Positions 28,386 to 37,347 of a stretch of 64,000 nucleotides of DNA are shown here, piece after piece (within the stretch, counting starts at the first letter, position 1; every line of letters starts with the position of its first letter). The position numbers were made by a program, and so were the translations under genes. The notes below the pieces were generated by a model. It was not told the origin of the DNA. It searched no databases and worked only from the letters and a program-made list of their open reading frames with translations. Origin of the DNA: a virus (lineage: Duplodnaviria > Caudoviricetes); IMG/VR virus record IMGVR_UViG_3300014204_013734, positions 96,001 through 160,000 of that record; one strand, written 5' to 3'.

Positions 28386-29041
28386 TGTCAACGGAATCCA
28401 TCAGCAGCCGAATCGTGTCGTTGCGTTCACGGTTTGACAGGGTCTTGGGAAAGCGGGATGGTTTGAAGTCCAGTCTTTCCCGGACCCTTGCTGATGTCCG
28501 TCGGTTGGAAGCGGAAGAAGTTCTTCTTGAAAAAGTCGCTGAATTATTCAGGCAAATTCTTGACCAGGAAGTTACCGTTGGAGTGCAGGCTGTGGAAAGG
28601 CTCCAGACGGAAGGACTTCGGGCCGTGTTTGAAGGTCAAGATTTGCAGGTCAAAGCGTCCGTAGAAGTGTCAAGGGGAAAGGTGTCTGTTGATCTTGTTA
28701 CCGTCCAAAAACAGGATGATGGATCGGAAATTGAAGGTTTGTGTAACGATTCTTTCGGTGGGGCCGTAACCACGGTCCAATCCGTCCTTCTTAGGATCAT
28801 TCTCATTATTCGTCGGGGACTTCGTCCAATTCTGTTTCTGGACGAGACACTTCCTGCCTTGGACGATAACCACACCATCAATACTGGTAGATTTCTTTCC
28901 ACGTTGTGTAAGCGTCTTGGAGTTGATGTACTGCTTGTCACACACAATCCTGTTTTGGTGGAAGCAGCGGATAAGGCCTACCGGATCGTTAGAAAAGATG
29001 GAATTGCGACCTTTGAACAGGTTGGGAAGGGTAAGTCATGA
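28385..29041 (+). CDS. SbcC/Rad50-like ATPase, C-terminal half
   Basis: Coiled coil, signature-like SFGG, Walker B LFLDE, H-loop LLVTH; no Walker A. Confidence 0.85.
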   Translation: MSTESISSRIVSLRSRFDRVLGKRDGLKSSLSRTLADVRRLEAEEVLLEKVAELFRQILDQEVTVGVQAVERLQTEGLRAVFEGQDLQVKASVEVSRGKVSVDLVTVQKQDDGSEIEGLCNDSFGGAVTTVQSVLLRIILIIRRGLRPILFLDETLPALDDNHTINTGRFLSTLCKRLGVDVLLVTHNPVLVEAADKAYRIVRKDGIATFEQVGKGKS

Positions 29042-29451
29042 AAACGGAAGGGCAAGTGCGTCAGCAATTGAAGCAAGTGCTTTTCCGCCATCTTCAGCGG
29101 AAACTCAAGGGGATTTTCAGGAAGATCCCGGAAACTTGCGTCCATAACGAAACCATGGGCAAGGTTTGTTTTTGCGGCTTGAACAGCTTTGATCAAAAAT
29201 CCATTGTGGTTTGTGATAGTTCTGTTACGGGATGTATTGAAAAAGCGAAATCCTGTCCTGCATGGAAAGCACGTCGCACCAAGATAGAAATAAAAGAAGA
29301 GTTTAGAACCCTGGTAGCGGGTAATTTCGGTCGTATTGCCATTGAATATCCTGATGTGGCGGCTCTTTTGTGGGTGCTTGGTTCAGAAGGGTTGGAACAT
29401 GATTTGGACGAAGTAGTTGGAAGCCACTCAGATCAGGATGTCACGCCATGA
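29038..29451 (+). CDS. Cys-rich hypothetical protein
   Basis: Coupled ORF; CVHN...CFCG...VCD...C...C. Confidence 0.7.
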   Translation: MKTEGQVRQQLKQVLFRHLQRKLKGIFRKIPETCVHNETMGKVCFCGLNSFDQKSIVVCDSSVTGCIEKAKSCPAWKARRTKIEIKEEFRTLVAGNFGRIAIEYPDVAALLWVLGSEGLEHDLDEVVGSHSDQDVTP

Positions 29452-30005
29452 GTAATTTGTTGGAAGTAGTACGATTCCGTGATTCAGGTAAGATGCCACT
29501 TCTGATTGACGATATTTTGGTCAATCCTGAAACGGCTCCTTATTTGGTGTCGTCAACCCAGGGTTTGGTGTGGGTAGAAAAGGCAGGGACCGGGAATAAG
29601 ATTCGGGCTGCCGTCAACCACGATAAAATTCCTCCTGGGCATCTGTTTTTTTCCGTAATTCAGGAAGTCGCCGCCAGAAGCCGTTCCGATAGTTGGGGAA
29701 GTGTGCGGCCATTCACACGGGAAGGTTTGAAGGAAGCCGTAGCATATCTTAATTTTTACGAATTGTTGGATTTTGAATTGCTTGTTTCCAGTTGGTCAAA
29801 AGATGAAAATTCAGGTTTTGGTTTGGGAGAAGATTCGTTGGATATCCCTGTTTGTTCGTGTTCGTGGCTTCCAAAGGGATGGGCTGTTTTGGTTCCTCGG
29901 GATAGGTCTTTTGTCGGAACCTTGGGGCATTTATCCAACTACAGGACCATTGTCATTGTACATAACGCGAGCCGCGGTATTGCAATTCTTAACAATGGGG
30001 ATTGA
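29448..30005 (+). CDS. Hypothetical protein
   Basis: Coupled ORF (ATGA overlap). Confidence 0.7.
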   Translation: MSNLLEVVRFRDSGKMPLLIDDILVNPETAPYLVSSTQGLVWVEKAGTGNKIRAAVNHDKIPPGHLFFSVIQEVAARSRSDSWGSVRPFTREGLKEAVAYLNFYELLDFELLVSSWSKDENSGFGLGEDSLDIPVCSCSWLPKGWAVLVPRDRSFVGTLGHLSNYRTIVIVHNASRGIAILNNGD

Positions 30006-30007
30006 TT

Positions 30008-30715
30008 ATGGGTTGGCTTTCAGAAGCAGTAGCAAAATGTGCCCTGACATCTGACATGGAGGAATACTTGTATGGGCGAGGCGCCCAGGAAGCTACCATA
30101 TTGGATGAAGGTTGTGTGACGTGGCACAGATTGGAAGAACCGTCCCCGGACCCGGTGTTTGCGAAACGGTACGGTAACTTTGGGGAACGTTTGGAAGGAT
30201 TTTTGGTTATTCCCGTCCGATCTCCGAAGGGATCCTTTATCGGGATGGAAGCTCGTAACATATCAGTGAAGTACCTTTCAGATTGGCGGGAAGTTGAAGC
30301 TGAATGGAACCCATTCATGATCGGGACCAGGCGGGCTGTTGAAAAACTGTGGGCTGGTGGGGATGCCTGGATTGTGGAAGGGTTTTTTGACAAGTGCCCT
30401 TTGGAATGGGTCGTCCCTTCTGGAGATGCCGTTTTGGCGACAGTAACTGCTAAACTGGCTATTCGACACGTTGAATTTCTCCGCAGACATTGTCGGGGTT
30501 GGGTTCATATGGTCTACGACCGAGACGAAGCAGGTAGACGTGGGTCAGAGGGATATGCGGATTCAAGCAACAAGCGGCATTGGGGGGCATTGGATGCCCT
30601 CCGCCGGGTAGGATTGAAGTGTCGGGATGTCCCCTATTCCGGGGGAAAGGATCCTGGTGAGCTTTGGGATCGGGGAGGCGTACAAGCGTTGAAAGCGGCT
30701 TTCCCCACTATTTGA
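30008..30715 (+). CDS. dnaG: DnaG-type primase catalytic/TOPRIM core lacking a zinc-binding domain
   Basis: EYLYGRG; LVIPVRSPKGSFIGMEAR; IVEGFFD; VYDRDEAG; KDPGE. Confidence 0.85.
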   Translation: MGWLSEAVAKCALTSDMEEYLYGRGAQEATILDEGCVTWHRLEEPSPDPVFAKRYGNFGERLEGFLVIPVRSPKGSFIGMEARNISVKYLSDWREVEAEWNPFMIGTRRAVEKLWAGGDAWIVEGFFDKCPLEWVVPSGDAVLATVTAKLAIRHVEFLRRHCRGWVHMVYDRDEAGRRGSEGYADSSNKRHWGALDALRRVGLKCRDVPYSGGKDPGELWDRGGVQALKAAFPTI

Positions 30716-30732
30716 CAAAGGAGGTTCTTGTC

Positions 30733-31179
30733 ATGGCTGAACTGTTTAAGGCAAACGATACGATCATGGCTACCGTTAAGGATCTGGTGGCTAAGTATCA
30801 TCCCAATTTGATTGGGATAGTTGACGAAATTGCTGTTGTTTTCAAGGAAAAGGCATCGCAAGTCGGTGACGTTGTGGTCATCGGTAAGACGGCCAAGGCA
30901 TCACCCCTGTTCAACATCCTTGGAGATGTTCCTTGGAAGTTCATCATCACCCTTGCCAGCGATGAATTCAACGCCATGACCGAAACGGAACGTGTGGCTT
31001 TGCTGGATCATCACCTCTGTGCTTGCGGCGTAGAAGAAGATGAACAGCAGAATCTGAAGACTTTCGTTAAGATTCCTGACGTGAGCTTCTTCAAGGAGGA
31101 AGTGGAACGTCATGGATTCTGGAGGACGACCGGAAGTAAGGCGAAGCCGGAAGTGATCCAAGATTTGTTTGGGACGTGA
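30733..31179 (+). CDS. Phage metallopeptidase-like protein (degenerate HExxH)
   Basis: FIITLASDEF...ERVALLDHHLCAC...PDVSFFKEEVERHGFW; GGAGG SD. Confidence 0.6.
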   Translation: MAELFKANDTIMATVKDLVAKYHPNLIGIVDEIAVVFKEKASQVGDVVVIGKTAKASPLFNILGDVPWKFIITLASDEFNAMTETERVALLDHHLCACGVEEDEQQNLKTFVKIPDVSFFKEEVERHGFWRTTGSKAKPEVIQDLFGT

Positions 31180-31196
31180 TACGAGGAGGCATTCCC

Positions 31197-32663
31197 TTGA
31201 GCCTTGACACGAAATACAGGCCCTTGAAATTTGACGATGTTTTGGGGCAGGAAACCATCATCAAAATCCTGCGCCGCTTCGTTGCCACCAAAACCGCTCT
31301 GCGACAATCGTATTTGTTTGCAGGACCTTTTGGATCCGGAAAAACCACTTTGGGTCGGATAATGGCAAGGGCTTTGCTGTGTGAATCTCCGACGGAAACA
31401 GGCGATCCTTGTGATACTTGTCCGTCTTGTCGGGCATTGCTTGAAGGGAATTCCTTAGACTTTGTGGAAGTGGATGCTGCTACCAATTCAGGCAAGGATG
31501 AAATTCGCCGGATTACCGAGGAAATTCAGTACACTACATTTTCCGGGAGACGGCGGATATATCTCTTCGACGAATCTCACCAGCTCTCCAGAGATGCCCT
31601 GGATGCCATGCTGAAACCCCTTGAAGAAAATCTCCCGGGGTCTCAAGACAAGAAGCTGGTCTGTATATTCTGTACGACAGAACCTGAAAAAATGCGGGCG
31701 ACGATTCTTTCCAGGTGCGCATCAGCATTTGTTGTTCAGCCTCCAGCTCCTGAAATCATTGCGAAGCGTTTGGAATTGATTTGCCGGGAAGAGAACATCC
31801 CTTATGAATTCAACGCCCTGGTTACGATGGCGGAAGTGACGGAATGTCATATCCGTGACGCCATCAAGGCGGTTGAGGGGATTTCAATGTTGGGGTCTTT
31901 GAACTCGGAAAACGTAGGGGTTTATCTCAAGCTGGACCTTAACACAGCCTACTTGGAGGTCCTGGAAAATATTGGGATGGATTTGGCCACTGCCATGAAG
32001 GTGGCCAAGTCCATCCTGGAACGTACTTCGCCTGCGACCGCATACGAAAAACTGGCGGATGTAGCCTTGTTGGTGTATCAGACAAGTCTTGGGGCGGTAA
32101 AGCCCTGTTCATTTTGGGACCTGTCCAAGATTGAAGCGGTTGGAAAACGGCATGGAGAAGCTCTGTTAAGTTTTGCCAACCGTTTTGCAAGTCGTCCTGG
32201 TCGTCCAACAGCATCTATGCTGCTGTGCGATATTGGGTGTCTGCATCATGTTGGGGGGAATATTCCTGCTGATGTCGTTATAGCAGCCCCCAAGATTCAT
32301 CCTGTCGCTTCACCAACCACTTGTTTGACACAGCCGACGCCCCCCATTGAAAAAAATATTCAACCACAACTTCAGACTCAACCTGATCTTGGTATTATGA
32401 CAAGTGTTACGTTAGCGGCTCCGTCGGGTCGTGGTGGCGGGGTTCATGTTGACAAACGGGCTGTCCACAAAAATCTTGGTAGTGATCCAGGGTTGGCTAA
32501 AGTGTCTAGGATCACCCCGGAGGAATTTTGCAGATTTTTGGCCTTGCGTTTGAATGAACTGGAAAGGGAAAGGGCTAACGAAGCCAATGACAGTGCAGGA
32601 TCGTCGAGACGCATCAACCTGGATAGCTGTGGAATTGAGTCCACAGGGCGAGGCCCGGGTTGA
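31197..32663 (+). CDS. dnaX: DNA polymerase III gamma/tau clamp loader ATPase
   Basis: KYRPLKFDDVLGQ; GPFGSGKTT; C-x-PCDTCPSC zinc site; EVDAATNSG; DESHQLS; LKPLEE; TILSRC; TTG start after GAGGAGG. Confidence 0.95.
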   Translation: MSLDTKYRPLKFDDVLGQETIIKILRRFVATKTALRQSYLFAGPFGSGKTTLGRIMARALLCESPTETGDPCDTCPSCRALLEGNSLDFVEVDAATNSGKDEIRRITEEIQYTTFSGRRRIYLFDESHQLSRDALDAMLKPLEENLPGSQDKKLVCIFCTTEPEKMRATILSRCASAFVVQPPAPEIIAKRLELICREENIPYEFNALVTMAEVTECHIRDAIKAVEGISMLGSLNSENVGVYLKLDLNTAYLEVLENIGMDLATAMKVAKSILERTSPATAYEKLADVALLVYQTSLGAVKPCSFWDLSKIEAVGKRHGEALLSFANRFASRPGRPTASMLLCDIGCLHHVGGNIPADVVIAAPKIHPVASPTTCLTQPTPPIEKNIQPQLQTQPDLGIMTSVTLAAPSGRGGGVHVDKRAVHKNLGSDPGLAKVSRITPEEFCRFLALRLNELERERANEANDSAGSSRRINLDSCGIESTGRGPG

Positions 32664-33411
32664 AGAAGGTACTTTAGAACTATTGCTTCGGTCTGATTTG
32701 GGTGTTGATTCCAACTTCCCAATATTTATTCCAGCGGTCATCTACAATCGGGGTCATCGGAAAACGACCATCCATTTGATGGAAGGTTATGTTTTTATTG
32801 GTTCCAGCCTTCCTGATACCCTCTATTACCGACTTGAAAACCGACCTTACATTTCACGAGTCATGTCTACTAATACGGGTCCGCATCATATGCGGACTTT
32901 GAGTGTTATTCCCGATTCTGAGATTGAGGGGTTGAAACGTCAGCTACAGGCAGAAATCGGGATGTTGGTGTCTGTTGGGGATAGGGTTCGGGTTGTTGAA
33001 GGAACATACCGATCCTTGGAAGGGATTATTCAGGGGAGAGATGAGGAAAACGCTTTCGTTGAATTTGATTTTCGTTCCATGTTGTCTGTTGCTACCGTTC
33101 CGTTGGCTTTCTTGGAATCCGCTTCAGACGAAGAGGATAAGGGGATTGATATTCGTATCCCAGGTTATGTGCGATACACTGGATATATGTGCTGGCCTTC
33201 TAATCTTGATAAGTCGCTTGGAAAACTGTTGGGGTCCGCGGATTTTATTGATGTTTGGTATGAAGATAGTTTTTTGGGGAAAAAACGGGTTGCTTGGAAT
33301 AAACGCCGAATATTCCTCGGAAAACCTTTGTTGGCAGAACTACCAGAAGATCGGACGGTTTTTACCATATCCAAGAAACCTGATGGGTCTTTTGTCGTTA
33401 GGTCCCGGTAA
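32587..33411 (+). CDS. nusG: NusG-like transcription factor (NGN + KOW) with C-terminal extension
   Basis: WIAVEL...IFIP...LMEGYVFI NGN domain; VGDRVRVVEGTYRSLEGII KOW motif; overlaps the dnaX 3' end by 77 nt. Confidence 0.8.
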   Translation: MTVQDRRDASTWIAVELSPQGEARVEEGTLELLLRSDLGVDSNFPIFIPAVIYNRGHRKTTIHLMEGYVFIGSSLPDTLYYRLENRPYISRVMSTNTGPHHMRTLSVIPDSEIEGLKRQLQAEIGMLVSVGDRVRVVEGTYRSLEGIIQGRDEENAFVEFDFRSMLSVATVPLAFLESASDEEDKGIDIRIPGYVRYTGYMCWPSNLDKSLGKLLGSADFIDVWYEDSFLGKKRVAWNKRRIFLGKPLLAELPEDRTVFTISKKPDGSFVVRSR

Positions 33412-33485
33412 TCAGTAAAAGGGTTTGCTTTTTTCTGTGCTTTTCGTTATCCTTAACAAGGGTGTCCTGAATGTGAGGAAACGAC

Positions 33486-34091
33486 ATGTCTTCTTGGTCA
33501 TTTGGACATACTATGGATCCTTCTGAACTTGAAGCCCGCTTTTCAATGGAAGATAGCTTGGCTTATCTGGATTCCATTTTTACGGAACCCACAGACGAAG
33601 ATTTGGGGCGCATTGAAAAGGTTCGTGAAATTCTGGCCCAAATACCCCCCAGAGAAGCTGATTTCGTTGATTTGTACTTCTTCAAGAAACTGCGTCAAAC
33701 GGACATTGCGGAAATCTTTGGTGTTAGTCAACCTACGGTAAGTTATCGTTTGACTAGGGCAACCGCCCGAATCCGATTTTTGCTGGAAATCCCAACTATT
33801 GGTCGGGATGATTTGGAAAAGACCCTTTCGGAAATACTATCCGACCCACTTGACATCAGTATCATGCTGTTTATGTGGGAAACTACCTGCCAATCCGAGG
33901 TGGCAAAACGTCTAGGGGTCAGTCAAGGTTTGGTCCGACACCGGTTTCTGAGGTCCTTGCGACGAATGGAAGGTATCCCCCGCCTAGAATGCTTCGTGGT
34001 TCTTTTCACCTACATCGCTGACAATCCAAATATTCTTCGGGAAGTGCAACGTCCAGCTTGGAACGAGAAGGTTTCGTACTGTCTTCGCTGA
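33486..34091 (+). CDS. Protein with two sigma-70 region 4-like HTH domains
   Basis: IPPREADFVDLYFFKKLRQTDIAEIFGVSQPTVSYRL and QSEVAKRLGVSQGLVRHRF. Confidence 0.8.
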   Translation: MSSWSFGHTMDPSELEARFSMEDSLAYLDSIFTEPTDEDLGRIEKVREILAQIPPREADFVDLYFFKKLRQTDIAEIFGVSQPTVSYRLTRATARIRFLLEIPTIGRDDLEKTLSEILSDPLDISIMLFMWETTCQSEVAKRLGVSQGLVRHRFLRSLRRMEGIPRLECFVVLFTYIADNPNILREVQRPAWNEKVSYCLR

Positions 34092-34171
34092 TTTTCACCG
34101 TTTATTCGTTTATCATGTAGCCGTGGTAGGGCTTGCACGCTTTAAGCGGTGTGGGCTGGAACGGAGGTTCC

Positions 34172-34471
34172 ATGAACGAAATGGGAAAACGGATCGTTAT
34201 GGCTCGGGATGTTGCCACGCGGTGGATATTACGGGTGGCAAAACCGGAATATCGGTTGCGTATCTATTCGTGTGACGCTAAGGAATGGTCCCGAAAATTG
34301 CGTTGTTTTCGTGACGGAAAATCCGTCATGGCGGGGGTGAAACCTGCGGGGGATCTGGGAATACACGAAGAATTTGATGTCTTGGAAGTGTGGTCATCAA
34401 ACCGCACAACTGTAGACCAGATCAAGGAATGGTTTGAAACTCGGGGTTTTGAAACTACTGGGGTTTGGTAA
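34172..34471 (+). CDS. Hypothetical protein with N-terminal DVATRW tag
   Basis: GGAGG SD before ATG 34172. Confidence 0.7.
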   Translation: MNEMGKRIVMARDVATRWILRVAKPEYRLRIYSCDAKEWSRKLRCFRDGKSVMAGVKPAGDLGIHEEFDVLEVWSSNRTTVDQIKEWFETRGFETTGVW

Positions 34472-35154
34472 TGGCTTTGATGCGTCAACAGTCTGTATTC
34501 ACCTTCAAATCCTCGTCAGGGGGGGTGGATTACTATTTTGACATTGTTGTAGATGCCCAGGGACTTTTGTCCTTTCGTAATATCCGATCCCCCCAAGGGG
34601 TTGTAGATCCTGGTACAAATATCCCCAATTCTGTTATTGACGATATCACTACGGCAAAGCAGTTGGTTCAGCAACTTGTTGGGGAAACCCAGGCTGCTTC
34701 TGGGACAGTGACGTTTACAGGGGAAACAAGTCAAGCTGTGACAATCCCTGCCGGGACCCTCAATAACACCAACTATCGGGTGGTTTGTACGACGACTGAT
34801 GGCACCGCCCTGACTATTGAAAATAAGACTACCGTTGGGTTCAATATCGTGGCGGCTACCGCTTATGGCACCGTAGCGGATCCCAAAACGGTTGGTTGGG
34901 TCGTTTTGACTAAGACCCAAGAAGCCAGCGTGACAGGGGGTGTTTTGGCGTTCACTCCTGCGGATGCTGGACAAAAATCTGTAGTGTTTTCACCAGCTTT
35001 CACGTCAAACGCTTATCGGGTCATCTTATCGGAAGTTGGCTTTTTTAAGGCGTTTGTGGTTTCACAGACAAAAGCTGGTTTTACAGTGGGAATTGGGTAC
35101 ACCCTGGAACCCGGTGAAACCGTGCTGGTTGGATACGATGTTTTCGTATCGTGA
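34471..35154 (+). CDS. Virion structural protein with two tandem beta-sandwich repeats
   Basis: SGTVTF...VTIP...NYRVV and GGVLAF...VVFSPAF...AYRVI; Thr/Val/Gly-rich. Confidence 0.65.
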   Translation: MALMRQQSVFTFKSSSGGVDYYFDIVVDAQGLLSFRNIRSPQGVVDPGTNIPNSVIDDITTAKQLVQQLVGETQAASGTVTFTGETSQAVTIPAGTLNNTNYRVVCTTTDGTALTIENKTTVGFNIVAATAYGTVADPKTVGWVVLTKTQEASVTGGVLAFTPADAGQKSVVFSPAFTSNAYRVILSEVGFFKAFVVSQTKAGFTVGIGYTLEPGETVLVGYDVFVS

Positions 35155-35166
35155 GGAAGCCTAAAA

Positions 35167-35511
35167 ATGAGATGTCGTCCTTTTGACGTGTTGGTAAAAC
35201 CTCTGGGTCTTGATAAACCGCAGGTAGTGTTGGATAAAGAACCTTCAGTTGAAGAGACTTTGGAAAATGCGGTTCAGAGGGCCTTGGGTTGGGTTTACAT
35301 GGCAGACGTAGGGAAGGCCGGTAATCCCCCGGCGGTGAATCATTGGTGGCTCCGTCGGGATGTGCAGCTTGATGGCAGGATCGCCCAAGTTCTGGAGCAG
35401 AATGGCTTTGTAGAAGGTCGGAACAAAATTGCTGGTATTCCCGCTGAAGTCCGCCTTACCCGGGAAGGGGTAGCGGTAGCCCGACGCGCTATTGAGGGGA
35501 TTCGGTCATGA
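35167..35511 (+). CDS. Hypothetical protein
   Basis: GAGGAA SD; coupled to next gene. Confidence 0.7.
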   Translation: MRCRPFDVLVKPLGLDKPQVVLDKEPSVEETLENAVQRALGWVYMADVGKAGNPPAVNHWWLRRDVQLDGRIAQVLEQNGFVEGRNKIAGIPAEVRLTREGVAVARRAIEGIRS

Positions 35512-36776
35512 CCCAGGCAGCTTTCAAGGTTGACCAATTGAAAGTGGAACCCGGATTGACTGGGGTTCGGGTGATGAAGGCTGAACCCGGGACTGGAAAG
35601 TTGCAGTTTTTTGATCCGGATGCTTTGGCCGGCGTGACTTTGGCTGGTATTTCTGGTGTCGCCGTAGATCAACTGTTTATTGTTGGCCTTTCAGGTACAG
35701 GAGCCAAGTATAAAACCATCAAGGATGCCCTTGCTGCTGCCCGAGCGTTGCGTTTGGCCGGTAGCACGGACGCTTACCTGATCCTGGTGTTTCCTGGTGC
35801 ATATGTGGAAACAGAATCCTTGGTTGTGGATTTCAATGATGTTGTCATCCAGGGATTCGGCGGGTCCGTGTCCCTTTCCATAGACGACCATGTTTTCCAA
35901 ATTAAGGCATACAGTTCAGGTGCGGTTACTATTTGGCCGGAACGTGTTTGTCTGTCTGGTCTTCGTCTCATCAACGCCAGTCCAACAGGGAAAGCCTGCG
36001 TTTACATAGAAGGCGGCGATGTCAGTGCCGTCAGTTCCAGGGTTGGATTGAAAGGTATCGTCCTGGACCAGATATGTTGGGAAACTTCTGTATCCGGTAT
36101 TGCCTTACAAGCAATTTCCGCTAATCACGTTAAGGTGACTGGCGGATCCATGAAAGAATGCGCCGGGGGCGGGAGCCAGGTGCAGATTGACACCTGTGCT
36201 TCGTTTGTTTTGGAAGGGGTGCCGGACGGGTCCAGTTGTCTGCTGGATCTGGATTCCAGTCATGATATCCCCGAAGATGGTATTGCTAACTCCGTCTATC
36301 GTGTTACGTCCAGTGCTTTGTCCGGGTTGGTTTCAACCTTGACGGGCGGAGGGGCTTTGGACCTTTTGGGATGTGATGGGGCATTTAACGTCATATTCGG
36401 CGGAGCTTTGCGTAAGGCGCACGTCATCGGTTGCCGTTTGGGTGTTGTTTCGGTCACTGGAACTGTGCAGATGGCACTTGACGGGACTATTTACACGTCC
36501 TTGTCTGGCGTCGCCGGGGCGACCCTTTCGGAACCGATCCAGGCAGGATTTGACGTTTCTATTCCTGTTGGCGACACTGCTGTGTCCGTGACCATTCCCA
36601 GACAACCAGACACGAATTACATGGTTGGTGTGTCCATGCGGGATCAAACGCCTACGACTTGGAAAGTCACGGTGAAGACGGTCACTTCGTTCACTGTCGT
36701 TTTTACGGATGTGGACATTGTGAACGTTCGGACTTTTGATTGGAACCTTATCCGGTCCGTGAAAAACCTGGTGTGA
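35508..36776 (+). CDS. Tail fibre/spike-like protein with beta-helix-like region
   Basis: AKYKTIKDALAAA...ILVFPGAYVE resembles a pectin-lyase-type start; Gly/Ser/Val-rich; C-terminal PDTNYMVGV beta-sandwich resembles the repeats in 34471..35154. Confidence 0.65.
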   Translation: MTQAAFKVDQLKVEPGLTGVRVMKAEPGTGKLQFFDPDALAGVTLAGISGVAVDQLFIVGLSGTGAKYKTIKDALAAARALRLAGSTDAYLILVFPGAYVETESLVVDFNDVVIQGFGGSVSLSIDDHVFQIKAYSSGAVTIWPERVCLSGLRLINASPTGKACVYIEGGDVSAVSSRVGLKGIVLDQICWETSVSGIALQAISANHVKVTGGSMKECAGGGSQVQIDTCASFVLEGVPDGSSCLLDLDSSHDIPEDGIANSVYRVTSSALSGLVSTLTGGGALDLLGCDGAFNVIFGGALRKAHVIGCRLGVVSVTGTVQMALDGTIYTSLSGVAGATLSEPIQAGFDVSIPVGDTAVSVTIPRQPDTNYMVGVSMRDQTPTTWKVTVKTVTSFTVVFTDVDIVNVRTFDWNLIRSVKNLV

Positions 36777-36786
36777 GGAAACTTCC

Positions 36787-37344
36787 ATGAGCAATGATTT
36801 TTGGGAAGACATGGGTAACGCCTTTGTAGTTGAATCTGCTATTGATACGCATCTTCAGGGGCGGGAACTGCAAGGTGCTTCCACAACGTCTATGCGGGAA
36901 TTGACGGACAAGGCGAGGGCAGAAGCAGCTTTGGCGCCCCAACCTGCTGGGACCCGAGTAGCGTTTAAGTCAAATCTTGGGTCTCTTTTGACTTATAAGG
37001 ACTGTCCAGAACCTGATCTTGGAGGGACGGTTGTTTTGGTGAAAACCGGGGAAGGTAAGACGACCCATCTGGATGGGAACATGTTTGTTCTGTGGGATGA
37101 TGGTGTGTTTCGGTCCATACGGGCGGAGCATCTTCGGCTTGCGGGTGTGTCCAGAAAGACGGCACAACGGTTCCGGGTTGTTGTGTCAAATTTAGGTGAT
37201 TTGTCTGGGCTTTTTGCGGTTGCTGGTCAGTCCGATGAATTGGTTCACAAGGCGACGCAGGATCTTTGGTCGCTTAAGAAAGATGGGGACAACTTCGTCA
37301 TTGAACGCCTTTTCAATGAAACGGGAAAACCCCTGAAGGTGTAA
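36787..37344 (+). CDS. Hypothetical (probable virion) protein
   Basis: GAGGAA SD; SH3-like FVLWDDG segment; RKTAQ linker. Confidence 0.7.
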   Translation: MSNDFWEDMGNAFVVESAIDTHLQGRELQGASTTSMRELTDKARAEAALAPQPAGTRVAFKSNLGSLLTYKDCPEPDLGGTVVLVKTGEGKTTHLDGNMFVLWDDGVFRSIRAEHLRLAGVSRKTAQRFRVVVSNLGDLSGLFAVAGQSDELVHKATQDLWSLKKDGDNFVIERLFNETGKPLKV

Positions 37345-37347
37345 GGA

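Noticed and set aside
31197-32663. Programmed gamma/tau frameshift in dnaX
   Set aside because: No A AAA AAG plus hairpin signal seen; an A7 run near 32350 alone is insufficient
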